A stretch of 64,000 nt of DNA, taken from positions 4,136 to 68,135 of IMG/VR virus record IMGVR_UViG_3300007516_000015. The stretch is one strand, 5' to 3'. The notes beneath the pieces are model-generated. The model was not told the DNA's origin. It made no database searches and saw only the letters and a list, made by a program, of their open reading frames with translations. Numbering within the stretch: the first letter of the stretch is position 1; every line of letters begins with the position of its first letter. Below, piece after piece: positions 10,600-21,353 of the stretch. The position numbers and the translations under genes are program-made. This DNA comes from a virus.

Positions 10600-11103
10600 T
10601 CAGCTCGTGTTATTGGTTCAAACGAAGCTTTTGAACCGTTCACATCTAATTTATATGTTAGAAGAGTAACTGGTGGTGAATTTGCTATGGTAAACAAACA
10701 TTTAGTTAGGGAATTGGAAAACGAGGGGTTATGGAATAGAGAGATGTTAAATGAATTAATTAAAAACGATGGTAGTGTTCAAAATATTCCATCAATAAGT
10801 CAAGAATTAAAAGATATTTTTAAAACAGTTTGGGAAATATCACAAAAATCTCTTATTGAAATGTCTGCTGAAAGAGGTCCGTTCATCGACCAATCACAGA
10901 GTCTAAATATTTTCTTTCAAACACCAACTGTCGGTAAATTAACAACATCACATATGTTGGGGTGGAAATTAGGTTTAAAAACAGGTCAATATTATTTGAG
11001 AAGTCAACCAGTTGAAATGAAGTCTAAACACTTGGCTATTGATTTAACAACAAAACAAAAATCGATAGATAGTCAATTCGAATGTTTCGGTTGTTCTTCG
11101 TAG
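10495..11103 (+). CDS. nrdA: split intein C-half fused to the C-terminal part (167 aa) of ribonucleotide reductase alpha
   Basis: After SHN comes SARVIGSNEAFEP, FIDQSQSLN, GLKTGQYYLR and terminal CFGCSS; ATGA overlap with the endonuclease stop. Confidence 0.95.
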   Translation: MKIKTIIKGDIKPTWDIEVPNVNHYIMENGCVSHNSARVIGSNEAFEPFTSNLYVRRVTGGEFAMVNKHLVRELENEGLWNREMLNELIKNDGSVQNIPSISQELKDIFKTVWEISQKSLIEMSAERGPFIDQSQSLNIFFQTPTVGKLTTSHMLGWKLGLKTGQYYLRSQPVEMKSKHLAIDLTTKQKSIDSQFECFGCSS

Positions 11104-11147
11104 TCACAACTGAGATTACACCACGTTATAGTATAAGTTAAATATTC

Positions 11148-11171
11148 AAAGGCCCTAATAGGGCCTTTTTT
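11148..11171 (+). terminator. intrinsic terminator
   Basis: aaaggcccta-a-tagggccttttt hairpin with T tail. Confidence 0.88.
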
Positions 11172-11207
11172 ATTTGCGTATTTACTTACAAAAATAGTTT
11201 AGTACCA

Positions 11208-11214
11208 TATTTAT
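11208..11214 (+). promoter_or_regulatory. putative phage late promoter TATTTAT at the start of the tail module
   Basis: Motif recurs upstream of structural and lysis genes; here directly after a terminator. Confidence 0.55.
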
Positions 11215-11265
11215 GTAAAAATAAAGAATATAAAACTTTTATATTCAAAACTAAAACAGAAAACT

Positions 11266-11652
11266 ATGGCTAATGGTCGTTTTATAAACATAAACTACCC
11301 CTTCAAAGATAGTAAACAAGGTTTTTTTATCGATTTAAACGCTGATGATAAATCAGCGATAAAAGCTGACCTCATGCATTTAATCCTAACTATTAAAGGT
11401 CAAAGATTGTATAACCCAGATTTTGGTACAAATTTAATGAGGTTTATTTTTGAACCAAGTGACGGTTTCACATTTGAAAAAATAAAAGAAGAAATAACTA
11501 CTCAAGTAAAAAAATACTTACCAAACCTAGATATAACAGTTATATCTGTTGAGCAATCAACGGAAAATGATTATGCTGCGGTTTTAAGACTTGATTATAC
11601 AATAACAGATGATGTGTTTACGACATCAGATTTCGTAATAATAAACATTTAA
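11266..11652 (+). CDS. baseplate wedge subunit, gp25/GPW family
   Basis: LILT.KGQRLYNPDFGTNL..FIFEP. Confidence 0.92.
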   Translation: MANGRFININYPFKDSKQGFFIDLNADDKSAIKADLMHLILTIKGQRLYNPDFGTNLMRFIFEPSDGFTFEKIKEEITTQVKKYLPNLDITVISVEQSTENDYAAVLRLDYTITDDVFTTSDFVIINI

Positions 11653-11653
11653 T

Positions 11654-13474
11654 ATGGCAAATACAGGTATAAACTACACGTCACGTAATTTCGCAGATAT
11701 AAGAACTGACTTAATAAATATGGTTAAGAAATATTATCCAGATATTTTTAACGACTATAATGATGCATCTGTTGGTATGATGCTTTTAGAATTAAATGCT
11801 GGTGTTGGAGATATGTTGTCACTCAATACAGATAGAATGTTTCAAGAAACACAAATAGATTATGCTCAAGAAAGAAGTTCTATATTATCTATGGCTAGAA
11901 CATTTGGTTTAAAAATCCCAGGAAAAAGACCAAGTGTAAGCATCGTAGATTTTTCGGTAATAATACCACCACTAGGTGATACTTTCGATATTTCTTATTG
12001 CCCAATTATAAGAGCTGGTTCTCAAGTAACTGGTGCTGGAAAAGTTTTTGAAACATCAAACGATATCGATTTCAGTGACCCATTTACAACAGGTGGGATA
12101 CCAAATAGATTAGTTATACCTAACTTTAACGCCAATAGTATACTATTAAACTATACAATAACAAAAAGAGAAATCGTTATTAACGGATTTACAAAGATAT
12201 TCAAAAGAGTTATTACTTCAAGTGACATAAAACCATTTTTAGAAATAATATTACCAGATAATAACGTTATATCGGTTGATTCTATCATTAGTTTAGAAGG
12301 AACCAACTTTACACAAATACCCTCAGCTGATAATTTTATTAATTCATCAATAAGATGGTATGAAATGGATGCTTTGGCTGAAAGCCAAGTTTTTATCCAA
12401 GATAATTTTACCATTAGTGACAATGCTGGTATAAAACCAGGAAAATGGATAACAACAACTAAAAAATTCATTAGAGAATATACAGATTTAGGTTTTACCA
12501 AATTAATTTTAGGTGGTGGTAGTCAAGACATAAGCAGTTTATGTGATTTCGGCTCTAATAAAGCATTGGTTAATCAAATAGGTGATTTTATTAATAACAT
12601 GTCACTAGGTGAAACACCAACAGCAAATACATCCATGTTTATTAAATATAGAGTTGGTGGGGGTGCTGATACAAATTTGGGTACTGGTGTATTAACAAAT
12701 TTAGGTACCGTAGATATGTCGGTTAATGGATTAAATGTTGCGATAAATAATGCTGTTAAAGCTTCTTTGGTTGTAAACAATAATTTCCCAGCTTTGGGTG
12801 GTAGAAATGAACCAAGCGTTGAGGAAGTTAGGAATTTAGTTCGTTATAATTTCTCATCACAAAATAGATGCGTATTAATTAAGGATTATCAAGCTAGAAT
12901 TAGTTTGATGCCTGGAGAATTTGGTGTGCCTTTTAGATGTGGGGTGTTTGAAAACCAAAATAAGATTCAAATTTATATTTTAGGGTTAAATGCTGATACA
13001 AAACTTGATAACTCATCAACTAGTACCCTAAGAGATAATATAGCTAATTATTTATCTGATTATAGAATGTTAAATGACTATGTTTTTGTCACAAACGGAA
13101 AGGTTATTAACCTTGCTTTTGAAATTGATGTGTATATCGATAAGAAAAGCCCTAAGTCACAAATAATAAGTCAAATAATTACTGATGTTCAGACTTATAT
13201 GAACATAAATAAATTTCAAATGGGTGAAAATGTTTATTTATCACCATTGGTTGAAACAATAAATAATGTTGGTGGTGTTTTAAACGTAATCGATGTGAGA
13301 ATCTTCAATAAAGTAGGAGATGGTTATAGTTTAAATGAAATATCTCAACCATATTTAGATGCGACAACTAGACAAGTAGATATTTCTTTTGACTACACAC
13401 TTTACGGTGACCCGATAAGTATGTTTGAAATCAAATTCCCTAATGTGGATATCAAGGTTAGAGTTAAAGGGTAA
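11654..13474 (+). CDS. baseplate wedge protein, T4 gp6/baseplate J-like
   Basis: YTSRNFADIR, AQERSS..MARTFG, YRVGGG, GGRNEPSVEE.R, QNRCV..KDY. Confidence 0.9.
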   Translation: MANTGINYTSRNFADIRTDLINMVKKYYPDIFNDYNDASVGMMLLELNAGVGDMLSLNTDRMFQETQIDYAQERSSILSMARTFGLKIPGKRPSVSIVDFSVIIPPLGDTFDISYCPIIRAGSQVTGAGKVFETSNDIDFSDPFTTGGIPNRLVIPNFNANSILLNYTITKREIVINGFTKIFKRVITSSDIKPFLEIILPDNNVISVDSIISLEGTNFTQIPSADNFINSSIRWYEMDALAESQVFIQDNFTISDNAGIKPGKWITTTKKFIREYTDLGFTKLILGGGSQDISSLCDFGSNKALVNQIGDFINNMSLGETPTANTSMFIKYRVGGGADTNLGTGVLTNLGTVDMSVNGLNVAINNAVKASLVVNNNFPALGGRNEPSVEEVRNLVRYNFSSQNRCVLIKDYQARISLMPGEFGVPFRCGVFENQNKIQIYILGLNADTKLDNSSTSTLRDNIANYLSDYRMLNDYVFVTNGKVINLAFEIDVYIDKKSPKSQIISQIITDVQTYMNINKFQMGENVYLSPLVETINNVGGVLNVIDVRIFNKVGDGYSLNEISQPYLDATTRQVDISFDYTLYGDPISMFEIKFPNVDIKVRVKG

Positions 13475-13520
13475 GGTTTCCTTATACCGTTAAAACCTTA
13501 TATTTAATAAAAATTTTAAT

Positions 13521-13823
13521 ATGAGCTGCGATTGTAAAAACGAAACTGTTAATAAAACAGAAATCAAGTCAACAAAGACAATAAGTAATTATATATTGAA
13601 AACAATAATTTTCTTATTGTTTTTGGTTATTTTACCAATAGTTGTTGTTGCGATAATATGGATAGTATTTAAAATGTTAGTTTTAAGTGAATCAATTGAT
13701 ATAAAATCTATTTTGATGTCTCTATATGGTAAAATAAAAAAGACGCAAGACGATGATGATGAAGTATCTGAAGACGACTTATATATGGTGGATGTTGAGG
13801 ATATAACAAATAAGAAATTTTAA
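13521..13823 (+). CDS. small membrane protein
   Basis: MSCDCK start, long hydrophobic segment, acidic tail. Confidence 0.7.
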   Translation: MSCDCKNETVNKTEIKSTKTISNYILKTIIFLLFLVILPIVVVAIIWIVFKMLVLSESIDIKSILMSLYGKIKKTQDDDDEVSEDDLYMVDVEDITNKKF

Positions 13824-13826
13824 GAA

Positions 13827-16800
13827 ATGTCAAATACAATAAGAATAAGAACAACACCTAACGGAAATGACAAATATTTAAAAGTTAATTTAGAACAAGA
13901 TTTTGATTTTATTGAAATTCTTTCTTTAAATATTTCTCAGGAAGACGCATATCGACAATTCTGTTCAGATTATGGTGTTGTTGTTGGTAGGGTTCTAGTT
14001 AATAGCGGATTTGGTGTCCCAAACGCCAAGGTTAGTGTATTTATCCCTATTGATGAAGTTGATAAACAAAACCCAACAATTAGAGGGTTGTATCCTTACG
14101 AATTAATCACAGATAAAGATTATCGAGGGATTCGTTATAATTTATTACCAAATCAATCTGAAACAAATAATAATTGTTTTACACCAGTAGGTACATTCCC
14201 AACAAAAAGGGGAGTCCTTGATAATGACATAGTAACAAATATTTATTGTAAGTATTATAAATTTACAACAACAACAAATTATGCTGGTGATTTTATGATT
14301 TTCGGTGTTCCAATTGGGACATATACAATTCATGTTGATGCTGATATATCAGATATTGGTATCGTTTCACAACGACCATATGATTTGGTTAGACAGGGCA
14401 CACCAGAGAAATTATTCGATAGTCCGACTAAATTTATGGGTGGGACGAACATAGATAAATTACCCCAAATTAAAACAGCTAATATTGGTGTAAACGTACA
14501 ACCGTTTTGGGGTGATTTAGAGAATTGTCAAGTAGGTATCACCCGTGTGGATGTTGACTTAAATTATTCAATCCAACCATCAGCTATTTTTTTCGGAAGT
14601 ATCTTTGGAGACCAAGACAAGAATAGTGTGAGTAAAAACTGTAGGCCAAGAAAAGGTTTAGGTGAATTATGTGAACAAGTAACTAGTGAGGGTTCTGTTG
14701 AAATGATTAGATATTCTTTCGATGGTGAAATTGAAGATTTTTCAGTTCAAGGTGGTAGAGTTATTGATGAAGATGGTACTTGGGCTTATCAAATACCTAT
14801 GAACTTAGATTATTTTGTTACAGCTGAAGATGGTACCTTTATTCCATCAAATGACCCAAATATTGGACTCCCAACTAGGTCTAAAGTAAGATTTAGAATA
14901 GGTATGGATGAAACTGGTGGTGAAGGTAGGCTTAGAACTAGGGCGAAGTATTTGGTACCGAATAACCCAAAAATTGTTAGTGAGATTGATTATAATTTTA
15001 ATGAAAAAACCAAAGATTCAAGTTTCAAAAATTTATATTGGAATAAAATCTATAGTATTTCAAGTTTCATTCCTAGATATCAACCAAATAAAAGTGTTGG
15101 TAATAGAAATATAACTGCAATTAAAAATGTTGATGGGTGTGTCGGTGATAAGAATCCGTTTCCTTACAACAGAGTTGATACAGATGTGAACCCTATATTC
15201 TCATATTTTTGTATTATAATATCAATAATAAACTATATAGTTTTTATTATAAACGCTGTTATTATAGGAGCAATCAATGGTATAATTGGTGCGCTAAATC
15301 TTATTATAAATTTTGTTGGTGGAACACCTGTACCTTTGGTTGCTTGTATTACGGTAGGGTGTCCTACGGATAACGGTGTGGTGCAATTTGCACCTGGGTG
15401 TGGTGTAGAATCCACAGCGTATTTTAGGGAAGGGTTGTCCGATTGTATAGCTTTTAGTATGGCCAAATCTTTAAACATGTATAAATTTGATTTTTATAAT
15501 GATTGGGTAAACGGTACATTGTATTCGTTTTTATTAAAATATAAAAAGAGAAAAAAGGGTAATGAAAAATTTTGTGAATATGATTGTGGAGACTTTTTAG
15601 GTTACCCTGATTATAGTGGGGTTGACGAAAATGAAAATAACATCCCAGATAATGATTGTAACAATCAATACTTGTTAGACACTATGTACCCAGTAGGTAG
15701 TAATAACAATCAAAATGAAGCTACTGTCACAGGTATAATTAGAGAGGGTTTAATAAAGAAATTAGATGATGAGTTTTATTATGCTTCAACAAATCACAAG
15801 GTAACACAAAAATTATTTGCAACTGATATTATTTGTCTTGGTTCAGTTTTTGAATGTGATTGGCAAGGCTTCCCTAATTTATACAAATTTTTAACACCTA
15901 CAAGTTATAATTTACCGCCAGATATACAACAAATGAGTTCTGATGGTACTCAAATATTAGAAACTGGTATTGTAGATGTTGGTGACGCTCCTGGTTTATT
16001 ATTTTCAGTTAATTGTTTAGGTCTTCATGTTGATAACACACAAGCGTTAAATTTCAGACATATTTGTGAAATTTTAGTCGATTCAGACGCAGCGACTGAA
16101 GCACCTGACGGTACGATTATCTCCCAAGCAGATGGTGTTATTAGTTCTGATGAAATAAGTGTTGATGGAAAGTTTTTTAGAAATTCTTTTCTATATCTTA
16201 ATAGTGACTCAACACCTGATAACGAATACATTCCACTAACAACATTAAATAGTGATTTTAACACATTCAATCTACCATTTTATGACTTTACATCGTTACA
16301 AAATAACCCACAAGATTACATAGATTTTAGAGGTTATCCTGAGTATGGTGGAAACTACACTTTTTATGACCAACCAGAACATTCATTTTTTATGTATTTT
16401 GGTTCTGTACCAGGAAAAAGTTCAGTTGAAAAACTTTTACAACGTTATTTTGGTACTTGTAAATTGGTTAAAAAACAAACACTATTTTTAGATTTAATAG
16501 TAACTCCAGATTCAAACAATGATTCAAGTGGTGGTATTATATTCGAAATAATTGGTGGCCATGGGCCTTACACATATACAGTTTTTTCATCTAATGGTTA
16601 TTCTTTTGATGGAACTGTAGATACAACACCACCTATAGTTGAACTAACAGGGTTAGCTGTTGGTACGTATATCATTACTATTGTTGATTTTTTCGGGTTC
16701 ACAACGACTCAAACTGTTGTGGTTGCTGGTCCACCACCATTATTTTGTAATGTTTTTGTATCAAACAACTCTACATCATTGGTTTCATTTGATGGTCAAA

Positions 16801-17783
16801 TAACAGCTAATATTGGTGGTGGTTTACAACCTTATTCTTATTCTCTTTTAAATTCTTTAGGTGGGCAAATTAGTTCTGGTATTATTAATTCAGCTCCGTT
16901 GATAATAGATGGTTTAGGTGTTGATTTAATTGGTTATACTCTAACAATAACAGATGTAGAAATGAATTCTTGTTCAACAACAGGGTTATCGATTGTAGGT
17001 CAAGAGTCTTTAGTTGTACTATCTTCAAAAATAGATACCGATTGTTATAACCAAGGGAATGGTCAGATATCTTTAAGTGTTTATGGTGGTGTAACACCAT
17101 ATACAATAACAACAACTGGACCTAATGGTTATTTTAGTGGTTTGTTAAATATGTTCAGTTTAGGCGGTGGTAATTACGTTACAACAGTTGTTGACAATGC
17201 TGGTTCTTCAGTATCAATAACAACAACAGTTAATTCATCAAACCCACAACTGACTATAGTTCCAGCACCTTTAGAAGTTTTAAATAGGCAATGTCTTACC
17301 AATACACATAGAATCTCGTTTAATATTACGGCTGGTTTATCTTATGGTGATAATGCTTATATTTCATATAAATTAGATAATGATGCTTGGGAAAACGTTA
17401 CTTTATTTTTTCCTGGGTCATCAAATGATATGGTTTTATCGATACCTAATGTAATGTTGTCTACAGATATTAAAATTAGATTTAGTAACACTCCAACATA
17501 CGATTGTTATAGTAATACAATAACAATTACTAAACCTCAAGTAGCGTTACCAACACAAGCGTTAAATGGTAGTATTTTAACAACTGTTTTCAGCGGTGTA
17601 TATAATCACACTATCACGGTAACTGGTGGAATTGGAGTTGTAACTAATAATCCGCTTACAATACCGTTTACATATAATCAACCAACACAAACTTCGGTTG
17701 CTACTATAACAAATTCTCCATCACCAATAATAACAACAACAATAACAGATAGCGTTGGCTGTCAAATAGTAATAACAGGTTAA
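13827..17783 (+). CDS. large virion structural protein with carboxypeptidase-regulatory-like N-terminal domain and C-terminal SprB-like repeats
   Basis: VVGRV..GVPNAKV..TTTNYAGDF; repeated GGxxPYT/SY...G.Y...V.D units; tail module context. Confidence 0.7.
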   Translation: MSNTIRIRTTPNGNDKYLKVNLEQDFDFIEILSLNISQEDAYRQFCSDYGVVVGRVLVNSGFGVPNAKVSVFIPIDEVDKQNPTIRGLYPYELITDKDYRGIRYNLLPNQSETNNNCFTPVGTFPTKRGVLDNDIVTNIYCKYYKFTTTTNYAGDFMIFGVPIGTYTIHVDADISDIGIVSQRPYDLVRQGTPEKLFDSPTKFMGGTNIDKLPQIKTANIGVNVQPFWGDLENCQVGITRVDVDLNYSIQPSAIFFGSIFGDQDKNSVSKNCRPRKGLGELCEQVTSEGSVEMIRYSFDGEIEDFSVQGGRVIDEDGTWAYQIPMNLDYFVTAEDGTFIPSNDPNIGLPTRSKVRFRIGMDETGGEGRLRTRAKYLVPNNPKIVSEIDYNFNEKTKDSSFKNLYWNKIYSISSFIPRYQPNKSVGNRNITAIKNVDGCVGDKNPFPYNRVDTDVNPIFSYFCIIISIINYIVFIINAVIIGAINGIIGALNLIINFVGGTPVPLVACITVGCPTDNGVVQFAPGCGVESTAYFREGLSDCIAFSMAKSLNMYKFDFYNDWVNGTLYSFLLKYKKRKKGNEKFCEYDCGDFLGYPDYSGVDENENNIPDNDCNNQYLLDTMYPVGSNNNQNEATVTGIIREGLIKKLDDEFYYASTNHKVTQKLFATDIICLGSVFECDWQGFPNLYKFLTPTSYNLPPDIQQMSSDGTQILETGIVDVGDAPGLLFSVNCLGLHVDNTQALNFRHICEILVDSDAATEAPDGTIISQADGVISSDEISVDGKFFRNSFLYLNSDSTPDNEYIPLTTLNSDFNTFNLPFYDFTSLQNNPQDYIDFRGYPEYGGNYTFYDQPEHSFFMYFGSVPGKSSVEKLLQRYFGTCKLVKKQTLFLDLIVTPDSNNDSSGGIIFEIIGGHGPYTYTVFSSNGYSFDGTVDTTPPIVELTGLAVGTYIITIVDFFGFTTTQTVVVAGPPPLFCNVFVSNNSTSLVSFDGQITANIGGGLQPYSYSLLNSLGGQISSGIINSAPLIIDGLGVDLIGYTLTITDVEMNSCSTTGLSIVGQESLVVLSSKIDTDCYNQGNGQISLSVYGGVTPYTITTTGPNGYFSGLLNMFSLGGGNYVTTVVDNAGSSVSITTTVNSSNPQLTIVPAPLEVLNRQCLTNTHRISFNITAGLSYGDNAYISYKLDNDAWENVTLFFPGSSNDMVLSIPNVMLSTDIKIRFSNTPTYDCYSNTITITKPQVALPTQALNGSILTTVFSGVYNHTITVTGGIGVVTNNPLTIPFTYNQPTQTSVATITNSPSPIITTTITDSVGCQIVITG

Positions 17784-17784
17784 A

Positions 17785-19557
17785 ATGGAGAGATTTATAC
17801 AAAGATTAAACGCTGAAACGTCTAAGAAATTAGTTAATGTAGATACTTTTTTAAAATTAAATTTAGATGCTAAACAAAGATTGCTTCCACCGAGCTCAAT
17901 AAATAAAGTGGTAAATGCTGATGAAAGATTTAATGAAGAAAGACAAAAGGGTAGTTTTTATAGAATACTAGGTACTATAAACTCAACATCAACAAACGCT
18001 TTGTTTAATCTTGCTGACGGTCAAATGGCTGATGAATTTACTTGGGCTGGATTTAATTATAGCAATGCTGAAAATGAATTTAGATTTTTAGACTCTATCT
18101 ACCCAAATGTTGTTTCAAAATATTTAAAGGAAAAAGATGGTTGGTTCGGTTACTTTGAACCAGACGTTAATAAAGCTGATTTTTGCAATTTTTATGATAT
18201 GGAACCAAAAAGAGAGCGTTTTTCATTTATTTCAGATATATCTCCTTTTCATGCGTTAGACAATTTACCAATTAAAAATTGGGAACTTACAATAACTTAC
18301 CCAGTAAGTGTTGATAGTGGACATACTATGGTTAATAATGGTCTTATGATAATTGATTCATCTCAAGCTGATGTTTCAAATAGACCTATGACAGCAATCG
18401 GAATGGGTTGTTTTCACAACTTAAATATTGGTGATATTGTTAATATAAGTGGAACGAATGGTTACGATGGTGAACACGTAGTTATTAGAACTGGTTTGGA
18501 TAATGGTGATTTAAAAGCGTATTATTTTGTGATAGATGTCCCTCCAATGGGTTCCGTTTCTTTTAATTCAAGGATGAAAAGAACATTTGGTGGTATTGAA
18601 TCAATTTATTATTTTAGGAAATTTAGAAAAATAAAAACCAGAAACTCTCAATTCATAAAAGAAGGTGATTATGAATCTTACAAACTTGCTTTTAGTGAAA
18701 ATTATTTTTCAGATGTTATTTCACAGTTTTCGTTTAATGAGGATATAGATATTAGTGAGTTAGTTGATAACTTAGGCCGACCTTTAAGTGAATTATATTT
18801 AACCATTATAAAGACTGATAGTAATAATCTTTTCAGTAATGTTTCTTCTGGAATAGAAACTCCTTTTATCCCAATATTAAACACTAGTGATTTTAATATT
18901 TACTTAGTAGATATACCAGTTATAAATAGAATCCATAATGGTGGTGCTTCACCATTTCAATCACACAACCCGTTAGAAAATGATGTTACGATTTCTGGTG
19001 GGATTACAAATAGTAATGAATTTTACGGGGATTTGGTTGAATACAATTCAAATGAAGTAAAAGAAACTATTTTAGCAGATGTCTCTCATAGATTTAACAC
19101 CGTTAACAGGGAAACACCTTCTCAAGTTATTACATACAACGTAACGAACGGAACCAACGGAGTTGCCCCAACACTTCAAACAATCAATTTGGGACCAAGA
19201 CAAGAAGGTTATATATATAAACCACATCATTTAATAAAGATAAGGGAACTTTCTAGTTATGTTGAACAAGGTGACCAATTTACCGTTGGCATACCAAATT
19301 ATGCTATTGATTTAAACGATGGTAGATTCCTGTGGCGAGATATGTTAGATATTGGGTTTAATCAAACGGATGAATTTCCTTTGGATTATCCTTTTTTAAA
19401 TGGTTGTCATTATATGTATGATAATTATTGTTTTACAGTTAGAAGACAAGACCCGTTTAATAATTGGGATTTGTACTATTCGAAATTTCCAGCAGACCCA
19501 ATAGGGGAAAGAACAACAAACAAATTTGATTTTAATTCAGCAGAAGATGTTTGTTAA
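17785..19557 (+). CDS. putative baseplate/tail structural protein
   Basis: 590 aa ORF tightly coupled in the tail operon. Confidence 0.6.
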   Translation: MERFIQRLNAETSKKLVNVDTFLKLNLDAKQRLLPPSSINKVVNADERFNEERQKGSFYRILGTINSTSTNALFNLADGQMADEFTWAGFNYSNAENEFRFLDSIYPNVVSKYLKEKDGWFGYFEPDVNKADFCNFYDMEPKRERFSFISDISPFHALDNLPIKNWELTITYPVSVDSGHTMVNNGLMIIDSSQADVSNRPMTAIGMGCFHNLNIGDIVNISGTNGYDGEHVVIRTGLDNGDLKAYYFVIDVPPMGSVSFNSRMKRTFGGIESIYYFRKFRKIKTRNSQFIKEGDYESYKLAFSENYFSDVISQFSFNEDIDISELVDNLGRPLSELYLTIIKTDSNNLFSNVSSGIETPFIPILNTSDFNIYLVDIPVINRIHNGGASPFQSHNPLENDVTISGGITNSNEFYGDLVEYNSNEVKETILADVSHRFNTVNRETPSQVITYNVTNGTNGVAPTLQTINLGPRQEGYIYKPHHLIKIRELSSYVEQGDQFTVGIPNYAIDLNDGRFLWRDMLDIGFNQTDEFPLDYPFLNGCHYMYDNYCFTVRRQDPFNNWDLYYSKFPADPIGERTTNKFDFNSAEDVC

Positions 19558-19587
19558 ATACTTATAATAAATTAAAAACATTAAACG

Positions 19588-20439
19588 ATGGTTCTTAACA
19601 GATATCAAATAAATTTAAACACATTTCCTAGCGGTTCAACTACTACGTATTTTACTATACCTATAAATCTTGAATACCAACTAGTGGACCAGAATGATAT
19701 TGTTAAAAGAATTTTTGTTGACGTTGAAACTGAAAAAGCTATAAACCCAATAATTGATTACGAAAAAATAAGATTTTCACCTTCTGGGTTAACTGATAAT
19801 ATAATTGACAAAATAGTTTACAACGTTATTTTAACTGGTGGAACAACTTATGCTGATATAGGGTTTGATAATGATGATATAAAGTTTCAAAAAGAAACAT
19901 TTAAACAAACGTTTTTAAAATTAAATTTCTATGATTCAGACAACCCACTTAATCAAAATTTGGTTTCTAATGTTACATTATTTTCGGAATTAAAACCAGC
20001 TGATTTACATCAAATAAATAGTTCAATTGGTTTTATAGGCCAAACACTCCCAGCGTCTCAAATACCTTTATCGTTTGTTTTAGGTAGTTCAATTTATAAC
20101 CCGAATTCATTTGCACAAGGTTTTTTTCTTTATGATTATAAAGATGAAATAAATGTAGGTGATTCTAAATATCTATACATGAGAGCTAGTTTTAAAAACG
20201 CCAAAAATGGTGTGAGTACAAACTTAATGGTTAAATTAAACGCACAACCTATAGATACCCTAATCCATGAATTGTATACTAGGTATGTAATGGTTAGGAC
20301 TGATAATGGGTATTTTTATCAAATAGATGACACATACCAAGGTAATTTGGGTACTACGGGGTCAAATAACATAACCTATGACTATAATTCGATACTGAAT
20401 TCAGTTACAGTCAACCTTTATCAAATATTAGCATTATAA
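19588..20439 (+). CDS. putative structural protein
   Basis: 283 aa ORF; TAATG coupling to the next gene. Confidence 0.6.
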   Translation: MVLNRYQINLNTFPSGSTTTYFTIPINLEYQLVDQNDIVKRIFVDVETEKAINPIIDYEKIRFSPSGLTDNIIDKIVYNVILTGGTTYADIGFDNDDIKFQKETFKQTFLKLNFYDSDNPLNQNLVSNVTLFSELKPADLHQINSSIGFIGQTLPASQIPLSFVLGSSIYNPNSFAQGFFLYDYKDEINVGDSKYLYMRASFKNAKNGVSTNLMVKLNAQPIDTLIHELYTRYVMVRTDNGYFYQIDDTYQGNLGTTGSNNITYDYNSILNSVTVNLYQILAL

Positions 20440-21314
20440 TGGAAGTAATTAAACGTAAAATTTTACTAGAAAATAGTATTGATAGAACCAATAGTAAGAC
20501 ATGGGGTGCTTTAACAGCGGATACATTTTACATTAATGTTTTTTTAACACAAACTATGGATGATGGAGGTATTTTTACCGACATTGAATACATTGATGCC
20601 GATATTTCTAACTCAACTTTAATAGATTATACAATTTTAACCGATAAATTAACCTCTAGTGGTCTAACTTTTCCGTTTATGTATACACAAACACCATATT
20701 TAACATCTTCGGCTAATATGTTTGAAGATATAACACTTAGATTCCCTTCAAATAATGAAATAGATTATTATAATTCATTAAATTTAGTAATTACTGGGTT
20801 AACGGATAGTAAAATTGAAGATGTTAAATCATATGATGAAAATGAAAGGTATAAAATAGGTTTTGACATGCAAACCGAAGACTATATTAACTATAATAAT
20901 ATTAATGTCTCTAGTGTAAGTCGAGTTATATCAACAACTGAACCTATGTTGTATGTTTTCGACACATCAAACGATATAAACATGGGGTTAGACACTCAAA
21001 TACATGGGTTACAATACAAAGATTATTCGGGTAACACTATGGTTATTGGTATAGATGGAGTAAATAATGGTATACCCCTAACTACTCTTAGGTATATAGG
21101 TGAAGGTCAAAATGAAACAAACACTTCTTTATCAGCTTTAACCAAAGAAGAATACTTCTTTGGTATTATTTCCCCACCAGAAATTAAAAACGATGTATTT
21201 ATAGAAAGAGGGGTTATTTCAGTATTGGAACCTCATTTAAGGTTATCAGAAATAAAGAACTTAGGTGAATTAAGTAGATATGGTAACGGGTATTATAATT
21301 TAATAAAACAATAG
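20439..21314 (+). CDS. putative structural protein
   Basis: 291 aa ORF in the tail operon. Confidence 0.6.
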   Translation: MEVIKRKILLENSIDRTNSKTWGALTADTFYINVFLTQTMDDGGIFTDIEYIDADISNSTLIDYTILTDKLTSSGLTFPFMYTQTPYLTSSANMFEDITLRFPSNNEIDYYNSLNLVITGLTDSKIEDVKSYDENERYKIGFDMQTEDYINYNNINVSSVSRVISTTEPMLYVFDTSNDINMGLDTQIHGLQYKDYSGNTMVIGIDGVNNGIPLTTLRYIGEGQNETNTSLSALTKEEYFFGIISPPEIKNDVFIERGVISVLEPHLRLSEIKNLGELSRYGNGYYNLIKQ

Positions 21315-21353
21315 ACTTTGGTTAAATCAAGGTTACATTAATAAATAAAAAAC

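Noticed and set aside
7247-11103. TAG reassignment (genetic code 15) joining nrdA-N to the endonuclease
   Set aside because: nrdA-C ends at its canonical CxxCSS terminus with TAG, long genes are intact in the standard code, and nrdA-C is in a different frame anyway
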